Below, one piece after another: positions 26,326 to 37,055 of a stretch of DNA of 62,020 nucleotides. Source of the stretch: Planctomycetota bacterium (GTDB lineage: Bacteria > Planctomycetota > Planctomycetia > Gemmatales > Gemmataceae); assembly GCA_026692965.1 (NCBI GenBank), contig JAPLNF010000297.1, forward strand, positions 1 to 62,020, given 5' to 3'. Position numbers and translations under genes: made by a program. Position 1 is the stretch's first letter. Every line of letters starts with the position of its first letter. The notes under the pieces were generated by a model. That model worked only from the letters and a program-made list of their open reading frames with translations, did not search any database and was not told the origin of the DNA.

Positions 26326-28423
26326 ACGGGGTTTTAATTTCCCTGCAGGCTAAGACTAGCGATTCCAGATTCACTTTTGAATTAATTTCTTTGCCAAAAT
26401 TAACATATACGAGTTTGTTTGCCTTGGTGGTTGGATTTAGCTCGCGTGAGATGAGTACAGGAACCACAGGGATATTCAATTCGTTAATCATTTCGAGTAT
26501 GCCATTAATCCAAGGCCCGTTTAACGAAAGTGAAATGGCGTGCTGTTTTGCAATGTTTTTCCGGGATCTTGCAAGTATCTTGGTTAATTCCTCTGGGGAG
26601 TATTCGTTAGAATTCAACCAGGCCAGACTGTGTTTTTTTGCCAACCGATTAATTAAGGCGGGGATGTTTTCTGAAGAGAAATTTGCATGGAAAAGATTCC
26701 TTGGGGTTCGGTCGGTTGCTGACAGGATCAAATATGAATCTTCAAGGTTGTTTCCCTCATGAACAATTAAAACTGGGCCATGGCTTTTTAAATTGTGTAA
26801 ACCATGGGCTCTTAAAATGTATTTTGAAAAGAAGAACCCCCAAAGGATTGTTCTTAGAAATAGATCAGGCATGCGGATTCTTATAATGATAAGAGTGGCT
26901 AATGTGAAAAAAGCAGCGACAAGAAAAAGGTACCTCGGAAGAAAATGATTGTCGAAAATTGCAGGCTGACGTTCGTTTTTTTCGTAAAGCTTTCGGTGTT
27001 CCATACCCCCTAAGCGATATGATTTTTCTACGATTGCTGCACCTACCACCACGTCTTCTGAAAAATTATCAATGGCGGTTGTTGGAGAGGTTTTGAAGGA
27101 TGCTTCGGTTTTGTTACCATCAATATTAGTAATGCTAAGTTCGTAACTTACGGGCCTGCCATGGTCGAATTTAATTGCCTCAAGTTTGGCATCAGCTATT
27201 TTTAAAAGTTGAATTTCTGGGCAAACACCAGACAAATGCGCCATTTTTACAATGATAAAGAATAAAAAAGAAGCAAGGATCGCCCCCGTGACATTGATGA
27301 GGTTGCTTGTGGCGATGACATCGCCTTTGCTCGATTTTGGAGCGCGATCTTGTAAAAGGGTAAAAAGCGGAACAACATAAAACCCCGTAAAGAAGCCTGT
27401 TGTTATGATAAAGGATATAAGAAATCCAAGGTGATCAAGAAACAACGCTTCGCTAATTAAACCAAAAACCATTCCTATGATGCCAATCGGAATAAGGCCC
27501 ATTTCAATTTTTCCACCCGAAAGATATCCCACTAGAGGACTGCCAAATCCTATTCCAAGTGCAACCATCCCAACTATTACACTTGTTTCTTGTTCGCTCC
27601 ATCTGGGAAGTTGAGACTCGCCATGCATGTAAATAGTGGCTCTGCTAAATGCGACAATAAACGTGAAAAAGGCAATGCCTATTACTGCTATAGCTAATGG
27701 TCTCGAGCGGAACATTTCTTTAAGATTGGCGTAAACAGGTTGATAAAGATAGGGAGGGAACTTTCGATCGGGATTTGCAGCGGGGATTTTTTCGATCCAA
27801 AGGCTAGCGATGGCGCCAATTGCTGCAAGAATGAAAAGAATGATGCCTATCCAATATTCCTGCCCTTTGAAGTGATAAGATAATACTCCGCCAAAAACTG
27901 TGCCCAAGATCACCGCAAGAAACGATAGGGATTCCAGCAAGCCGTTGCCCTTTGAAAGCAGGTGCGATTTTAGGATTTCTGGCATGATGCCATATTTAGC
28001 AGGTACAAAAAAAGCACTATGCAATCCCATGAGAAATACTGTTGAAAGTACAATCCATGGGCCTTCATCGTAGTCTTGATTACCAAGCCAGAACCCAAGT
28101 AATGCGATTGCGGTGATTAGCAGTTCAGCCATTTTCCAAAATATTAATGAGCTTTGCTTGCTGTAACGATCCGCAAGGTATCCTGCTAAAGTGCAAAAGA
28201 TCGCCCACGGTGCATAAAAAAGAATGGGCATAAGGGAGATAGCTTGGGCTTCATTCAAAATCGATTTATTGATTGCAAAAAACATTGCGGAAGCATGAAT
28301 TGCTTGATCATTGAAAGCAGCAAGAAACTGTGCAATCAATAGCGCAATGAAAGTCCGTGAATAAAGAGTGTTAGCGGGTTGGTATACCTGATCGTTATTG
28401 CTCTTCTCGATGCCATTTGCCAT
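26300..28423 (-). CDS. MFS transporter (lysophospholipid transporter LplT-like) fused to a divergent acyltransferase-like C-terminal domain
   Basis: The N-terminal about 390 aa form 12 TMs with FIALLIAQFLAAFNDQ and LAGYLADRYSK motifs. A soluble insert and an extra TM follow. Then a PlsC-like segment GPVLIVHEGNNLEDSYLIL in which the HX4D motif is not intact. Confidence 0.55.
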   Translation of the reverse strand: MANGIEKSNNDQVYQPANTLYSRTFIALLIAQFLAAFNDQAIHASAMFFAINKSILNEAQAISLMPILFYAPWAIFCTLAGYLADRYSKQSSLIFWKMAELLITAIALLGFWLGNQDYDEGPWIVLSTVFLMGLHSAFFVPAKYGIMPEILKSHLLSKGNGLLESLSFLAVILGTVFGGVLSYHFKGQEYWIGIILFILAAIGAIASLWIEKIPAANPDRKFPPYLYQPVYANLKEMFRSRPLAIAVIGIAFFTFIVAFSRATIYMHGESQLPRWSEQETSVIVGMVALGIGFGSPLVGYLSGGKIEMGLIPIGIIGMVFGLISEALFLDHLGFLISFIITTGFFTGFYVVPLFTLLQDRAPKSSKGDVIATSNLINVTGAILASFLFFIIVKMAHLSGVCPEIQLLKIADAKLEAIKFDHGRPVSYELSITNIDGNKTEASFKTSPTTAIDNFSEDVVVGAAIVEKSYRLGGMEHRKLYEKNERQPAIFDNHFLPRYLFLVAAFFTLATLIIIRIRMPDLFLRTILWGFFFSKYILRAHGLHNLKSHGPVLIVHEGNNLEDSYLILSATDRTPRNLFHANFSSENIPALINRLAKKHSLAWLNSNEYSPEELTKILARSRKNIAKQHAISLSLNGPWINGILEMINELNIPVVPVLISRELNPTTKANKLVYVNFGKEINSKVNLESLVLACREIKTPFNGETQAV

Positions 28424-28522
28424 TTTAATTGCCGTTTAAAAATTACTGTAATTCATCAAATTCAATTGAGTAGTTATACCAAGACTGGAGATTGAATAAG
28501 ATAAAATTTTAGATGCTTTTTG

Positions 28523-29509
28523 CTACTTGGTTGAAAGTGCCAAATACCGTTCTTTAAGATTTGATGTAATACTTTGGGTATCTGGTAGAGATTTTCGTGC
28601 CAAGTCGGGGTTTGCAATCCCATCTACAGCGATTTTAATACCTACTTCCTTACCCCATGCCATGATTTCAGCATATTTTGCCTTGCGGTAGCTTGCATTG
28701 AGTAACTTTCGGAAACCTAGGCCAGCAAATTCGAAGTCAACTCCAGTCGACCACATGGAAAACATTTGAGGCTTTTGTTTGTTTAGGTTAGAACGAAACC
28801 CTATGGGAAGGTGCATGTATGAAACGGTGGTTCTTTTTACGCCTTTTTCTGCGAGAGATTCAAGTAATGGGAAAAGGTTGGCTTTGGTGTCGTTTAAGCC
28901 AGGAATAAGCGAATCTATACATATTTCAAATGGAATCCCTAAGTTCTTTAGCGTTTCTACCTGTTTAAGCCTAGTGTTTGGAGCTGGGGAAAAAGGCTCG
29001 ATTAATTTTGCGATCCGATCGTTTAAGGTGTGAAATGGTAATAGGAGTTGCACACTTTCTTCTAAATAAAGCAAGGTTTCAAAGAGTTCGAGATCCAGGG
29101 TTGCTCGGGTTTGATACCAAATCTTGAATCCTTGATTTGCCAAGAACTTCCCCATCGCAATTGCAAGTGTTCGTGTTTTTTCAAAGGAGCTAAAGGGTTC
29201 GTAGTTTTGGCCTATTAAAATTGCATCTGGTACTGTTTTGCTCAATTTTATTTCCCAATCCGTTTTTTGTTCTGCATCCCGAGGCAAACTGTAATCAAGC
29301 ATTTGAAAGTTGGTGTTTAAGCCTGGGTGGGAAGGCTGAAAGGGGCAGTTTTTAGCTAAGTTAATGCCAAATATACTTTCTTTTGATGTGTCGAAAAGAT
29401 GATATAAACTCCGGTCTGAATTATCATGGATACGAATTTCAGGGAGTTTTGGAAAATTCGACTTTAATTCATAAAGGTTTGATGAACTGTATTTGTTAGC
29501 TTGGACCAT
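28523..29509 (-). CDS. hypothetical protein (distant resemblance to SplB/COG1533 radical-SAM-fold proteins, Cys triad absent)
   Basis: 328-aa ORF. The central and C-terminal regions look TIM-barrel-like (LLLPFHTLND, PFEICIDSLIPGLND, VSYMHLP). Only one Cys sits where CxxxCxxC would be expected. Confidence 0.45.
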   Translation of the reverse strand: MVQANKYSSSNLYELKSNFPKLPEIRIHDNSDRSLYHLFDTSKESIFGINLAKNCPFQPSHPGLNTNFQMLDYSLPRDAEQKTDWEIKLSKTVPDAILIGQNYEPFSSFEKTRTLAIAMGKFLANQGFKIWYQTRATLDLELFETLLYLEESVQLLLPFHTLNDRIAKLIEPFSPAPNTRLKQVETLKNLGIPFEICIDSLIPGLNDTKANLFPLLESLAEKGVKRTTVSYMHLPIGFRSNLNKQKPQMFSMWSTGVDFEFAGLGFRKLLNASYRKAKYAEIMAWGKEVGIKIAVDGIANPDLARKSLPDTQSITSNLKERYLALSTK

Positions 29510-29875
29510 CCTGGCCTCCTAAGTGGAAATCAATAATTCTTGATGTAAGGTAATCCTAAAAAGTAGATTGAGAAGCTTAGCAGCGAAAAAAAATACCTTT
29601 TGGGGATTCTTCAGCTGACAAATGTTATGCTTAATTGACTAAATATTTTGTCAAAGCATAGAAATAAGGTTTTTATTTTGCTGCTAAAACGAATGAAAAC
29701 ATGGGGCATTCAGTTAAAATCGGCATATTTAGTACAAAGCGGTTAAATTGCCAGTATTCCCTATATTTATGATTGTGGTCTTATGCTACGCTGTTAAACA
29801 GTTGCAAATTGCTTTTATATTCCGAATCGTCGGCGGTTGATTTGTGACAGGTGATTTTGCTGAATTGAAAAGTTC

Positions 29876-30241
29876 ATGGATTCTATTGATCAATTTTTGT
29901 TAGAAGTAAAAACTAAATCTCTCCATCTAGGAAGATTTTTAGGGTTGCTTAACTTATTGGTTGCATACCGTATTACGGATGAAAGTGGCCAAGTAGTGTC
30001 CAACGGATTAACTTTTAAGCAAGTTTCCGAAAAATTAAAAAAGAGCCGTTGGAATCCCGATGATGTTGAAACCCTTGGTTTGAAATCTACAGAATTGCCT
30101 CAGAGGGATAGGTTGCGCTTTTGGTATGTTGCCCTTGTTCGGGCAGGTGTAGGCGGTTCCAAGGCAATGATGGAAGCAGACACTCTCGCAAAAGCAGTTA
30201 AAAAAGTTGGTTATGAAGCTCAGTTACCTGAAAAGAATTAA
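29876..30241 (+). CDS. hypothetical protein
   Basis: 121-aa ORF after a 366-nt intergenic gap. No recognisable motif. Confidence 0.45.
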   Translation: MDSIDQFLLEVKTKSLHLGRFLGLLNLLVAYRITDESGQVVSNGLTFKQVSEKLKKSRWNPDDVETLGLKSTELPQRDRLRFWYVALVRAGVGGSKAMMEADTLAKAVKKVGYEAQLPEKN

Positions 30242-30359
30242 CCTATTCTGCATTGCTTGCGATTGACCCTTCATTAAATCCCCTTTATATTTTCCATATA
30301 ACAACTTTATTGTAATTAGGCATTAGAACTTTAATCAGTTCAAATTGTTTGGAGAAGGA

Positions 30360-30980
30360 ATGACTACACAAGAGCAACCCCATCAGCAGTTAGTTGAACA
30401 TCATTCCATGAGGATGTCCTTTGCGGATTTTGCAGAAATCCATGGAAAGAAAATCATTGTTGCTGCTATTTCTATTATTTTGCTTTGCGCAGTTTATTTT
30501 ACCGTAAGCACGGTTTCAAATAATGCTTTAGAAGAAGAATCGAAGCGTTGGGCAGGTCTGGGGTTCAGTCAGCAATCTGCAGTGCTTCAAGAGTTTGCTC
30601 AAAAAAATTCAGGTACAAGCCAAGCTTTAATCGCACAAGTGGAAGCTGCTAGAGTTTTGCTTGCACAAGGGATGACTCTTTTTGCAAGCACCAACCTCGA
30701 GATTAAAAAAGAAGCAACGAACAATATTGAAAAAGCTATCGAACTTTATGAAAAGGTTGTTAAGGACCCCCTGTTGATTCCTGAATTAAAGGCGCAATCT
30801 CTTCTTAATGCTGGAAAAGGCCACGAGGCCCTCAGGCACTTTGATAAAGCTAAAGATTACTACACTGAAGCTAGTTTGTTGGGCGACAAAACTGGTGCTG
30901 GCACCCTTGCGGTTAAATACCTGAAAAATCTTCAAGATAGCCAAGTTGATTTGGCGACTTTCTACAAGAATTTTGATTAA
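30360..30980 (+). CDS. membrane-anchored TPR-like protein (YfgM/TPR_21-like)
   Basis: ATG at 30360 preceded by GGAGAAGG. One TM (IIVAAISIILLCAVYFTV), then a helical repeat region. Confidence 0.5.
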   Translation: MTTQEQPHQQLVEHHSMRMSFADFAEIHGKKIIVAAISIILLCAVYFTVSTVSNNALEEESKRWAGLGFSQQSAVLQEFAQKNSGTSQALIAQVEAARVLLAQGMTLFASTNLEIKKEATNNIEKAIELYEKVVKDPLLIPELKAQSLLNAGKGHEALRHFDKAKDYYTEASLLGDKTGAGTLAVKYLKNLQDSQVDLATFYKNFD

Positions 30981-30985
30981 TTATA

Positions 30986-32059
30986 ATGGATGAATTTGAA
31001 CCAATTGATGACGTTGATACGGATGAAACTGAATTTGCAGAAATCGAAACTCCTGATGCTGAAGCTCTGCCTCCTGCCCCGCGCGAAATCGATGTTCATG
31101 CCAAAATAAGGCTTGAAAATTTTAGACTAGATCAATTTCTTGTCATGCAATTCCCCGACTATAGCCGGGCTGTTGTTCAACGGGTGATAGAAGGCGGCGG
31201 GGTTACTGTTAATCAGAAAATAGCCAAGTCGAGCTATCGAGTCAAGCATGGCGACTTCATCAAAATAATACCTCCTGTCGCGACGCGTTCAGCACCTCAG
31301 GCCGAAAATATCCCCTTAGATGTTGTTTACGAAGATGAATACCTTGCAGTAATTAATAAGCCCCCAAATATGGTTGTACATCCAGCTAAAGGCCATTGGA
31401 GTGGGACTCTTGTAAATGCTTTGCGATATCATTTTGAGACATTAAGTACAATCAATGGAGATTATAGGCCTGGGATTGTTCATAGGCTTGATCGGGATAC
31501 GAGCGGCGTTATTCTTGTTGCTAAGCATGAGCAAACGCATCGCGAATTATCAATGTTGTTTGAGCAGCGGAAAGTTTTTAAGGAATATATAGCAATTACT
31601 TCGGGTGTTATAGAAAGAGATACCGATTACATCGAGGCGAAAATTGCACATCACCCGAGCGATCGGGTGAAAATGATCGTAACTAATGACGTGGGAAATG
31701 AAGACGCCAAAGATGCCTGTAGTTATTATGAGGTGATCGAGCGATTCAAAGGTTATACCTATGTGCGAGTGCAACCCAGAACCGGGCGGACTCATCAGAT
31801 TCGGGTGCATTTGGGAAGTATCGGACACCCAGTTTTAGCCGATAAAATCTATAGTGGGCGCGATAGTATTCACTTGAAAAGCTTCCTTCCGAATCTGCCA
31901 GATGAAGAAGATTCCTTGCTTCTTGGGCGTCAGGCGTTGCATGCATTTCGATTGCGTTTTAAGCATCCGCGCACGAATCAACTATTGGAAATAAAGGCCC
32001 CTGTGCCTGCAGACATCGAGCAGACGCTAGATGCCTTAAGGTTACACAAAAAGCCCTAG
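30986..32059 (+). CDS. rluD: RluA-family 23S rRNA pseudouridine synthase (RluD-like) with S4 domain
   Basis: Acidic N-terminal tail, an S4-like RLDQFL region, the catalytic HRLDRDTSGVILVAK, and GRTHQIRVH. Confidence 0.85.
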   Translation: MDEFEPIDDVDTDETEFAEIETPDAEALPPAPREIDVHAKIRLENFRLDQFLVMQFPDYSRAVVQRVIEGGGVTVNQKIAKSSYRVKHGDFIKIIPPVATRSAPQAENIPLDVVYEDEYLAVINKPPNMVVHPAKGHWSGTLVNALRYHFETLSTINGDYRPGIVHRLDRDTSGVILVAKHEQTHRELSMLFEQRKVFKEYIAITSGVIERDTDYIEAKIAHHPSDRVKMIVTNDVGNEDAKDACSYYEVIERFKGYTYVRVQPRTGRTHQIRVHLGSIGHPVLADKIYSGRDSIHLKSFLPNLPDEEDSLLLGRQALHAFRLRFKHPRTNQLLEIKAPVPADIEQTLDALRLHKKP

Positions 32060-32062
32060 AAC

Positions 32063-33658
32063 CTAAGATTTCAATAAGTTTCGCAACTCATCCTTCAGGC
32101 CTTGGATGGGAATGCGTTTCTGTTGGAGAGTATCCCGGTCTCGCCAGGTAACCGTATCGTCCTGGTTGGTTTGGCCATCGACGGTGATGCAAATCGGGGT
32201 GCCAATTTCGTCTTGCCTACGGTACCTTCTGCCAATAGCTCCACCATCATCAAAATATACAGCAAATTCTTTTTTAAGATCGCCATAGATAGCCTTCGCT
32301 TTTTCAGGCATACCATCCTTGTTGACGAGCGGGAAAATAGCTGCTTTGACAGGGGCGATTCTAGGGTTTAAACGCAAGACAACTCTGGTTTCGCCTTCGA
32401 TTTCCTCTTCGAAGTAGGCTTCGCAAAGGAAAGCCAAAGTGCCTCGGTCTGCGCCAGCGGAAGGTTCGATCACATGGGGGATAAATCGTTCACGAGTTTG
32501 GTCATTAAAGTATCGCAGGTCTTTGCCAGAACCACGGTGTTTTGGTTTTCCGTCTTCACCTAGCTCGACTACTAGTTCGTCACCAGAACGAACTAATTTG
32601 CCTTCCATATGGCTCTTAAGATCAAAATCGCCACGATGGGCAATGCCTTCAAGTTCGCCAAATTCGCCTGGGGGTAAAAAGGGGAATGCGTATTCAATAT
32701 CAGCGGTCCCGCAGGAATAATGGCTTAATTCGTCTTTGTCGTGGTCGCGTAATTGTAATCTGGAAGAAGATAAGCCAAGATCGGTATACCATTTGTATCT
32801 GCGGTCGCGCCAATATTTATACCATTCGGGTGATTGGCTTGGGTGACAGAAAAACTCGATTTCCATTTGTTCGAATTCACGGGATCTAAATGTGAAGTTG
32901 CGAGGAGTAATTTCGTTTCGGAAGCTTTTACCAATCTGGGCAATGCCAAATGGGATTTTAACTCTGGTTGAATCGACGACATTTTTAAAGTTTACGAAAA
33001 TTCCCTGAGCAGTTTCGGGCCTTAGAAACGCGGAGCTTTCTTCGCCTCCCATAGCCCCAACAATGGTCTTGAACATTAGGTTAAATTCGCGTGGTGGGGT
33101 AAGTGTGCCGATAGCCTTTGCATCCGGCCCCAGAACTTTGTCGAAATCGGTAATAGTAATGAGTGAAACCAAAGGCCCATCCCAAGATATTTCCTCTAAT
33201 GATTTTGCGCGCAGATTAAAGAACTTTAAGGCCTTTTGTTCCGTTTCTTGAAGCCCTTCCTCCCCGCCAGATTGAGTTGCAATAAATACTCGCTGTTCTT
33301 TGGCAAGAGCCCATCGACCCCTGACCTGATCATGCCTATAGCGTTTTTTTGATTCCTTGCAATCGACCATGAAGTCATGAAATAAATCATAATGGCCCGA
33401 ACATTTCCAAACCTGAGGATGCATGATGATGCTGCAATCAATACCAACCATTTGGTGTTCACAGGGGGCCCCGTTGCTGATAAGAAGTTCATTGTGGCCT
33501 GAAATCATATCCTGCCACCAAGCTTCCTTGATGTTTCGTTTTAATTCGACTCCTAAGGGGCCATAGTCCCAAAATCCATTAAGGCCGCCGTAAATTTCAC
33601 TCGACTGGAAAAGGAAGCCTCTTCTTTTGCAAAGCGAAACAAGTTTGTCCATATCCAT
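32063..33658 (-). CDS. glyQS: glycine--tRNA ligase (homodimeric GlyQS type)
   Basis: LCKRRGFLFQSSEIYGGLNGFWDYGPLGVELKRNI, FRNEITPRNFTFRSREFEQMEIEFF and PSAGADRG class II motifs. 531 aa. Confidence 0.92.
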   Translation of the reverse strand: MDMDKLVSLCKRRGFLFQSSEIYGGLNGFWDYGPLGVELKRNIKEAWWQDMISGHNELLISNGAPCEHQMVGIDCSIIMHPQVWKCSGHYDLFHDFMVDCKESKKRYRHDQVRGRWALAKEQRVFIATQSGGEEGLQETEQKALKFFNLRAKSLEEISWDGPLVSLITITDFDKVLGPDAKAIGTLTPPREFNLMFKTIVGAMGGEESSAFLRPETAQGIFVNFKNVVDSTRVKIPFGIAQIGKSFRNEITPRNFTFRSREFEQMEIEFFCHPSQSPEWYKYWRDRRYKWYTDLGLSSSRLQLRDHDKDELSHYSCGTADIEYAFPFLPPGEFGELEGIAHRGDFDLKSHMEGKLVRSGDELVVELGEDGKPKHRGSGKDLRYFNDQTRERFIPHVIEPSAGADRGTLAFLCEAYFEEEIEGETRVVLRLNPRIAPVKAAIFPLVNKDGMPEKAKAIYGDLKKEFAVYFDDGGAIGRRYRRQDEIGTPICITVDGQTNQDDTVTWRDRDTLQQKRIPIQGLKDELRNLLKS

Positions 33659-33896
33659 TGATGTTTTCCTTTAAATGGAGCCCGATATAATTTTTAAAAT
33701 ATAGCACTTATAATTGCCTGCTATTTTAAATCGCTTGCATTAATACCACAAATGTTTCCTCTTATTCTAATGGAATAGGAATTAAGAGGGAAAAATCATG
33801 TGAAAGAATAAATTTGAAGTGGGCTAAAAATATCGATTAATCCGGTCTTTTCAAATATACAGTGCCCCGGTTTGTGCATGACGATCATTAATTTTG

Positions 33897-35933
33897 TCAT
33901 TTTGTTTGTTCTGTTAAACTCCAAAACTCATCAAAAATCCCTGATTCTTGTAATTCGGTTTTAATGGGCATTGCAGGTGAGATTTTCAAAATCGCATAAT
34001 CTCCCCAACGCGGAAATAAAAGCGCATTAGTTCCTTTTAAATCTTCTGTGCGAAAAGTATGTCCGCTGTTGATGACCACATAGTTTTTACTGGAAAATGG
34101 GCTTGGGAAGATGAATGCGGGCACATGTTCCGCACTATTAAAGGATTTGTTTTTTAAAAGTATTGAAGATTTATTCCATTGGATTGGTGCCAATGGCAGA
34201 ACCTTTGCAATTAATGAATTTGAGCCCCCATCTCCAAAAAGAATGATGTTTTTTGATTCAAGATCATTGGTGGTTACCATGGAATCTTTTTTAATGGGAA
34301 GTTCCGCTCTGAAAAACAATTCCCAATCTTTTTTGAATCGTTCAAGTTCTTGAAGTGATGCTTTGTGCGCAACCTCATTCCATGGAGTGCCACTCCCAGT
34401 CACGCACAAAAACCCCTTGGTAAAAGCATCGTCGATCGGCCCCTGTAAGCCTGGAACTTTAGCCTTATTTGCCACTGGTTTTGGAGCAGCCATTGACCAG
34501 ATGTTCTTGTCATCTTTTTCCAGAATTATTTTCATTGCACCATCCACTAATATTGGCGTAGCGGAGATTTTTTGCCCATCAAAAACCATAGCAATGGATT
34601 TGCTTAGTAGGCTGGATTTACTTTTGTCGGATGGTAAACTGATCGCTACTTTTGTAATGTTTTCGCTTTGCAACTGGTAGCTTTGTCCGTTAAATGACCC
34701 TTCAACTCTGGATCGAATGTAGTGCTTTTTTAATCCTAAAATCTCAATCCAATCACATTTCGCATATTTGAGGGTATAGGTTACGAATTTGATTTTTTCC
34801 GGATAAGGTGCCCTGCCCTTAGCAATATGTGGCGCATAAGCAGCAAATGCTTTTTGTTGCCATTCAGGTGGAAATTTATGTTCCAACCCCGGAGCGATTA
34901 AGTGCTCCATCGGCAAGCCAAAACTTTTGATGTGTTTTTCCATGAGGTCTGCAGCTTGTTTTTGTTTGTCGATCTCGCCTGAATAGGCAACCACCGGAAT
35001 ATTGAATGCATTTTCAGCATAAAGATAGGCATCGTAAATACTCAAGCAAGCTTCTTGTTGATCAGGAAGTTTGGTAGGCAAATTTGGAGCATAACCATGC
35101 GTCGTTGTAAAGCCTGCCCCCGGCCCCATCACGCACCAGCGATCCGGTTGATGCAAACCCAGATGCCAAGTTCCAGCTCCCCCCATAGAAAAACCTCGAA
35201 CAACAAAACGGGCACTATCAATTAAGTGGTCCCTTCCTAGGCGTTTTTCTTGTTCTGTAAAGTTTTGTATGGCTTCATTAAGATCAGATTCCCCTGCCCA
35301 GCGGTATGCATTATTTCCCCTTCCATATATCGAAATCTGGATAAAATCCTGATCAACTGAAAGCGGTTTCTCACCCCTGTTTTCATAAAGAAAATTCACT
35401 TCATTTAACTTTTCGTTCTTGCCATGTAGTACTAGGTGTAAAGGGTATTTCTTTGTTTTAATTGAACCAAAATCTTTTGGATAAATGATTGCATACGCTT
35501 GCAGTGAATTATCAATGGCGGAGCGATAAGCCCTAGCTTGAGGTGTATTAAAAGTTGATAACCAAGGTTTTTGATTGTTTTGAAGTTTTAAAGCCCGGGC
35601 GATTCCTTGGTCTGCGATAAAATTCGCTTTTTTGAATGTGTCTTTTTGATCAAAATCTTTGGTTCTAACAAGCCAATCAATCGCTTTGATATAAATTTCT
35701 ATATCAGGTAAATCGTTCTCATATCCTTTGCTTTTTTTAATGGATTCCAGTTCTTTTGTTAGAAGGGTTCTTTTTGTCAAAAGATTAGAAATCTCTTCTT
35801 TGAAATTTATTTCTTTTCCTTGTTTTGTTGCGATATCTTGTTGAGAAAAGGATTGAGTCGGAAATAATGCGATTCCGGCTGGCAATGCTAGAAAAAATAC
35901 AAGCTTTGCAATGTTAATTACTTGCATGAACAA
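33897..35933 (-). CDS. secreted alpha/beta-hydrolase family protein (esterase/peptidase-like)
   Basis: Signal-like N-terminus (LVFFLALPAGIALFP). Nucleophile elbow VVRGFSMGGAGTW. 678 aa with additional C-terminal domains. Confidence 0.55.
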   Translation of the reverse strand: MFMQVINIAKLVFFLALPAGIALFPTQSFSQQDIATKQGKEINFKEEISNLLTKRTLLTKELESIKKSKGYENDLPDIEIYIKAIDWLVRTKDFDQKDTFKKANFIADQGIARALKLQNNQKPWLSTFNTPQARAYRSAIDNSLQAYAIIYPKDFGSIKTKKYPLHLVLHGKNEKLNEVNFLYENRGEKPLSVDQDFIQISIYGRGNNAYRWAGESDLNEAIQNFTEQEKRLGRDHLIDSARFVVRGFSMGGAGTWHLGLHQPDRWCVMGPGAGFTTTHGYAPNLPTKLPDQQEACLSIYDAYLYAENAFNIPVVAYSGEIDKQKQAADLMEKHIKSFGLPMEHLIAPGLEHKFPPEWQQKAFAAYAPHIAKGRAPYPEKIKFVTYTLKYAKCDWIEILGLKKHYIRSRVEGSFNGQSYQLQSENITKVAISLPSDKSKSSLLSKSIAMVFDGQKISATPILVDGAMKIILEKDDKNIWSMAAPKPVANKAKVPGLQGPIDDAFTKGFLCVTGSGTPWNEVAHKASLQELERFKKDWELFFRAELPIKKDSMVTTNDLESKNIILFGDGGSNSLIAKVLPLAPIQWNKSSILLKNKSFNSAEHVPAFIFPSPFSSKNYVVINSGHTFRTEDLKGTNALLFPRWGDYAILKISPAMPIKTELQESGIFDEFWSLTEQTK

Positions 35934-35972
35934 TTCTCGTTTTTTAAGGGGGATAAGTCTAAGGAGGGATTC

Positions 35973-36227
35973 TTAGTCTCGCATCGAGTTGCGTAGCAAA
36001 TCAATCGCTTCTTGGGGGCAAGTGTCTTCGAGTCTTTTGCCTTTTTTTTCTAATGATTCAGAAAAACGAATGGCAGTATCTTGCATTCTTTCGTGGGTTT
36101 CTTCAGATCCACCCACCAAATAGAAATGCTCACAATTGGTTATTCTCTGGTGGTCGTCCTTGTTATCTAGGCCCAATCCAACAAACCCTAAAACTTTTGC
36201 TTCATCTTTTTTTGATTTTTTCTTCAT
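35973..36227 (-). CDS. small hypothetical protein
   Basis: 84-aa ORF (K-rich N-terminus, LVGGSEETHERM). No assignment. Confidence 0.45.
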   Translation of the reverse strand: MKKKSKKDEAKVLGFVGLGLDNKDDHQRITNCEHFYLVGGSEETHERMQDTAIRFSESLEKKGKRLEDTCPQEAIDLLRNSMRD

Positions 36228-36527
36228 CGTAATTCAATCCTAAGAAATAAAGCTACAAACCAAGTTTCGCATGGTTTTTTGTAAAATCAATGCCGCATAC
36301 TCAATTTTTATCAATATTTTAACGTTTTTTGCATTTATACTCATGCAGGACATTTTCCCTTATGGAGCAGAAGTGTTCCAAGATTTACAATATTGTCGGG
36401 TTTTAAATAAAAGGTAGCAATTTCTTCGTTTTTGCTATTTAATATAATTTAGTTAATAACGTTTTTGTTTAAACCATGATGCGGAGTGTTATTCCGCAAG
36501 TGGTAATTATTTGTATGTGGTGAAGAA

Positions 36528-37007
36528 ATGACAATAGAACGCGTCCCGATGACCCGAGAGGGTTATGAAAATTTGTTGGTCCAGTTAAACCGAATGCAGA
36601 ATTCGGAAATGATCGAAATTGCTACGCGTATTGCCGATGCGCGTGCTTTGGGCGATCTCAGCGAAAATGCCGAATACCATGCTGCCCGAGAAGATCAGGG
36701 TATGCTGCAGGCCAGAGTTGATGCACTCAAAGATAAACTAGCCCGTGCACTTATTGTGGACATGAGCAGTCTGCCTTCGGATAAAGTTGTGTTTGGCGCC
36801 CGAGTTGTTATCAAAGATTTAGACTCTGGTGAGCATGAAACATATGAGCTTGTAGGTCCCGGGGATGAAGATTACGACAATAATAAAATATTGTCCTCTA
36901 GTCCACGCGGTCAGGCCTTGTTGGGTAAGAAGTGTGGTGACATGGTTTCGTTCAAGGTTCCTAAAGGTACGCTTCGTTACGAAGTGAAAGAAATTTCGTT
37001 TCCATAA
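36528..37007 (+). CDS. greA: transcription elongation factor GreA
   Basis: GDLSENAEYHAAREDQ acidic finger tip. C-terminal FKBP-like domain. 159 aa. Confidence 0.92.
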   Translation: MTIERVPMTREGYENLLVQLNRMQNSEMIEIATRIADARALGDLSENAEYHAAREDQGMLQARVDALKDKLARALIVDMSSLPSDKVVFGARVVIKDLDSGEHETYELVGPGDEDYDNNKILSSSPRGQALLGKKCGDMVSFKVPKGTLRYEVKEISFP

Positions 37008-37055
37008 ATCGTTTTTTATTTGTTTTAATAGCTGATTTTTTCTGGAGTAATATAA

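Noticed and set aside
29510-29875. Long intergenic regions (also 36228-36527 and 38177-38459) inspected for sRNA, riboswitch or repeat content.
   Set aside because: They show no strong conserved-looking structure, no repeats shared between them, and no promoter-plus-terminator pair delimiting a small transcript. This cannot be excluded without RNA-seq or covariance models.
33758-33790. Imperfect 10-bp hairpin (CCTCTTATTC ... GAATTAAGAGG) between the hydrolase gene and glyQS.
   Set aside because: The U-run is on the wrong side for a minus-strand terminator, and there is no T-box-like architecture. Probably incidental.
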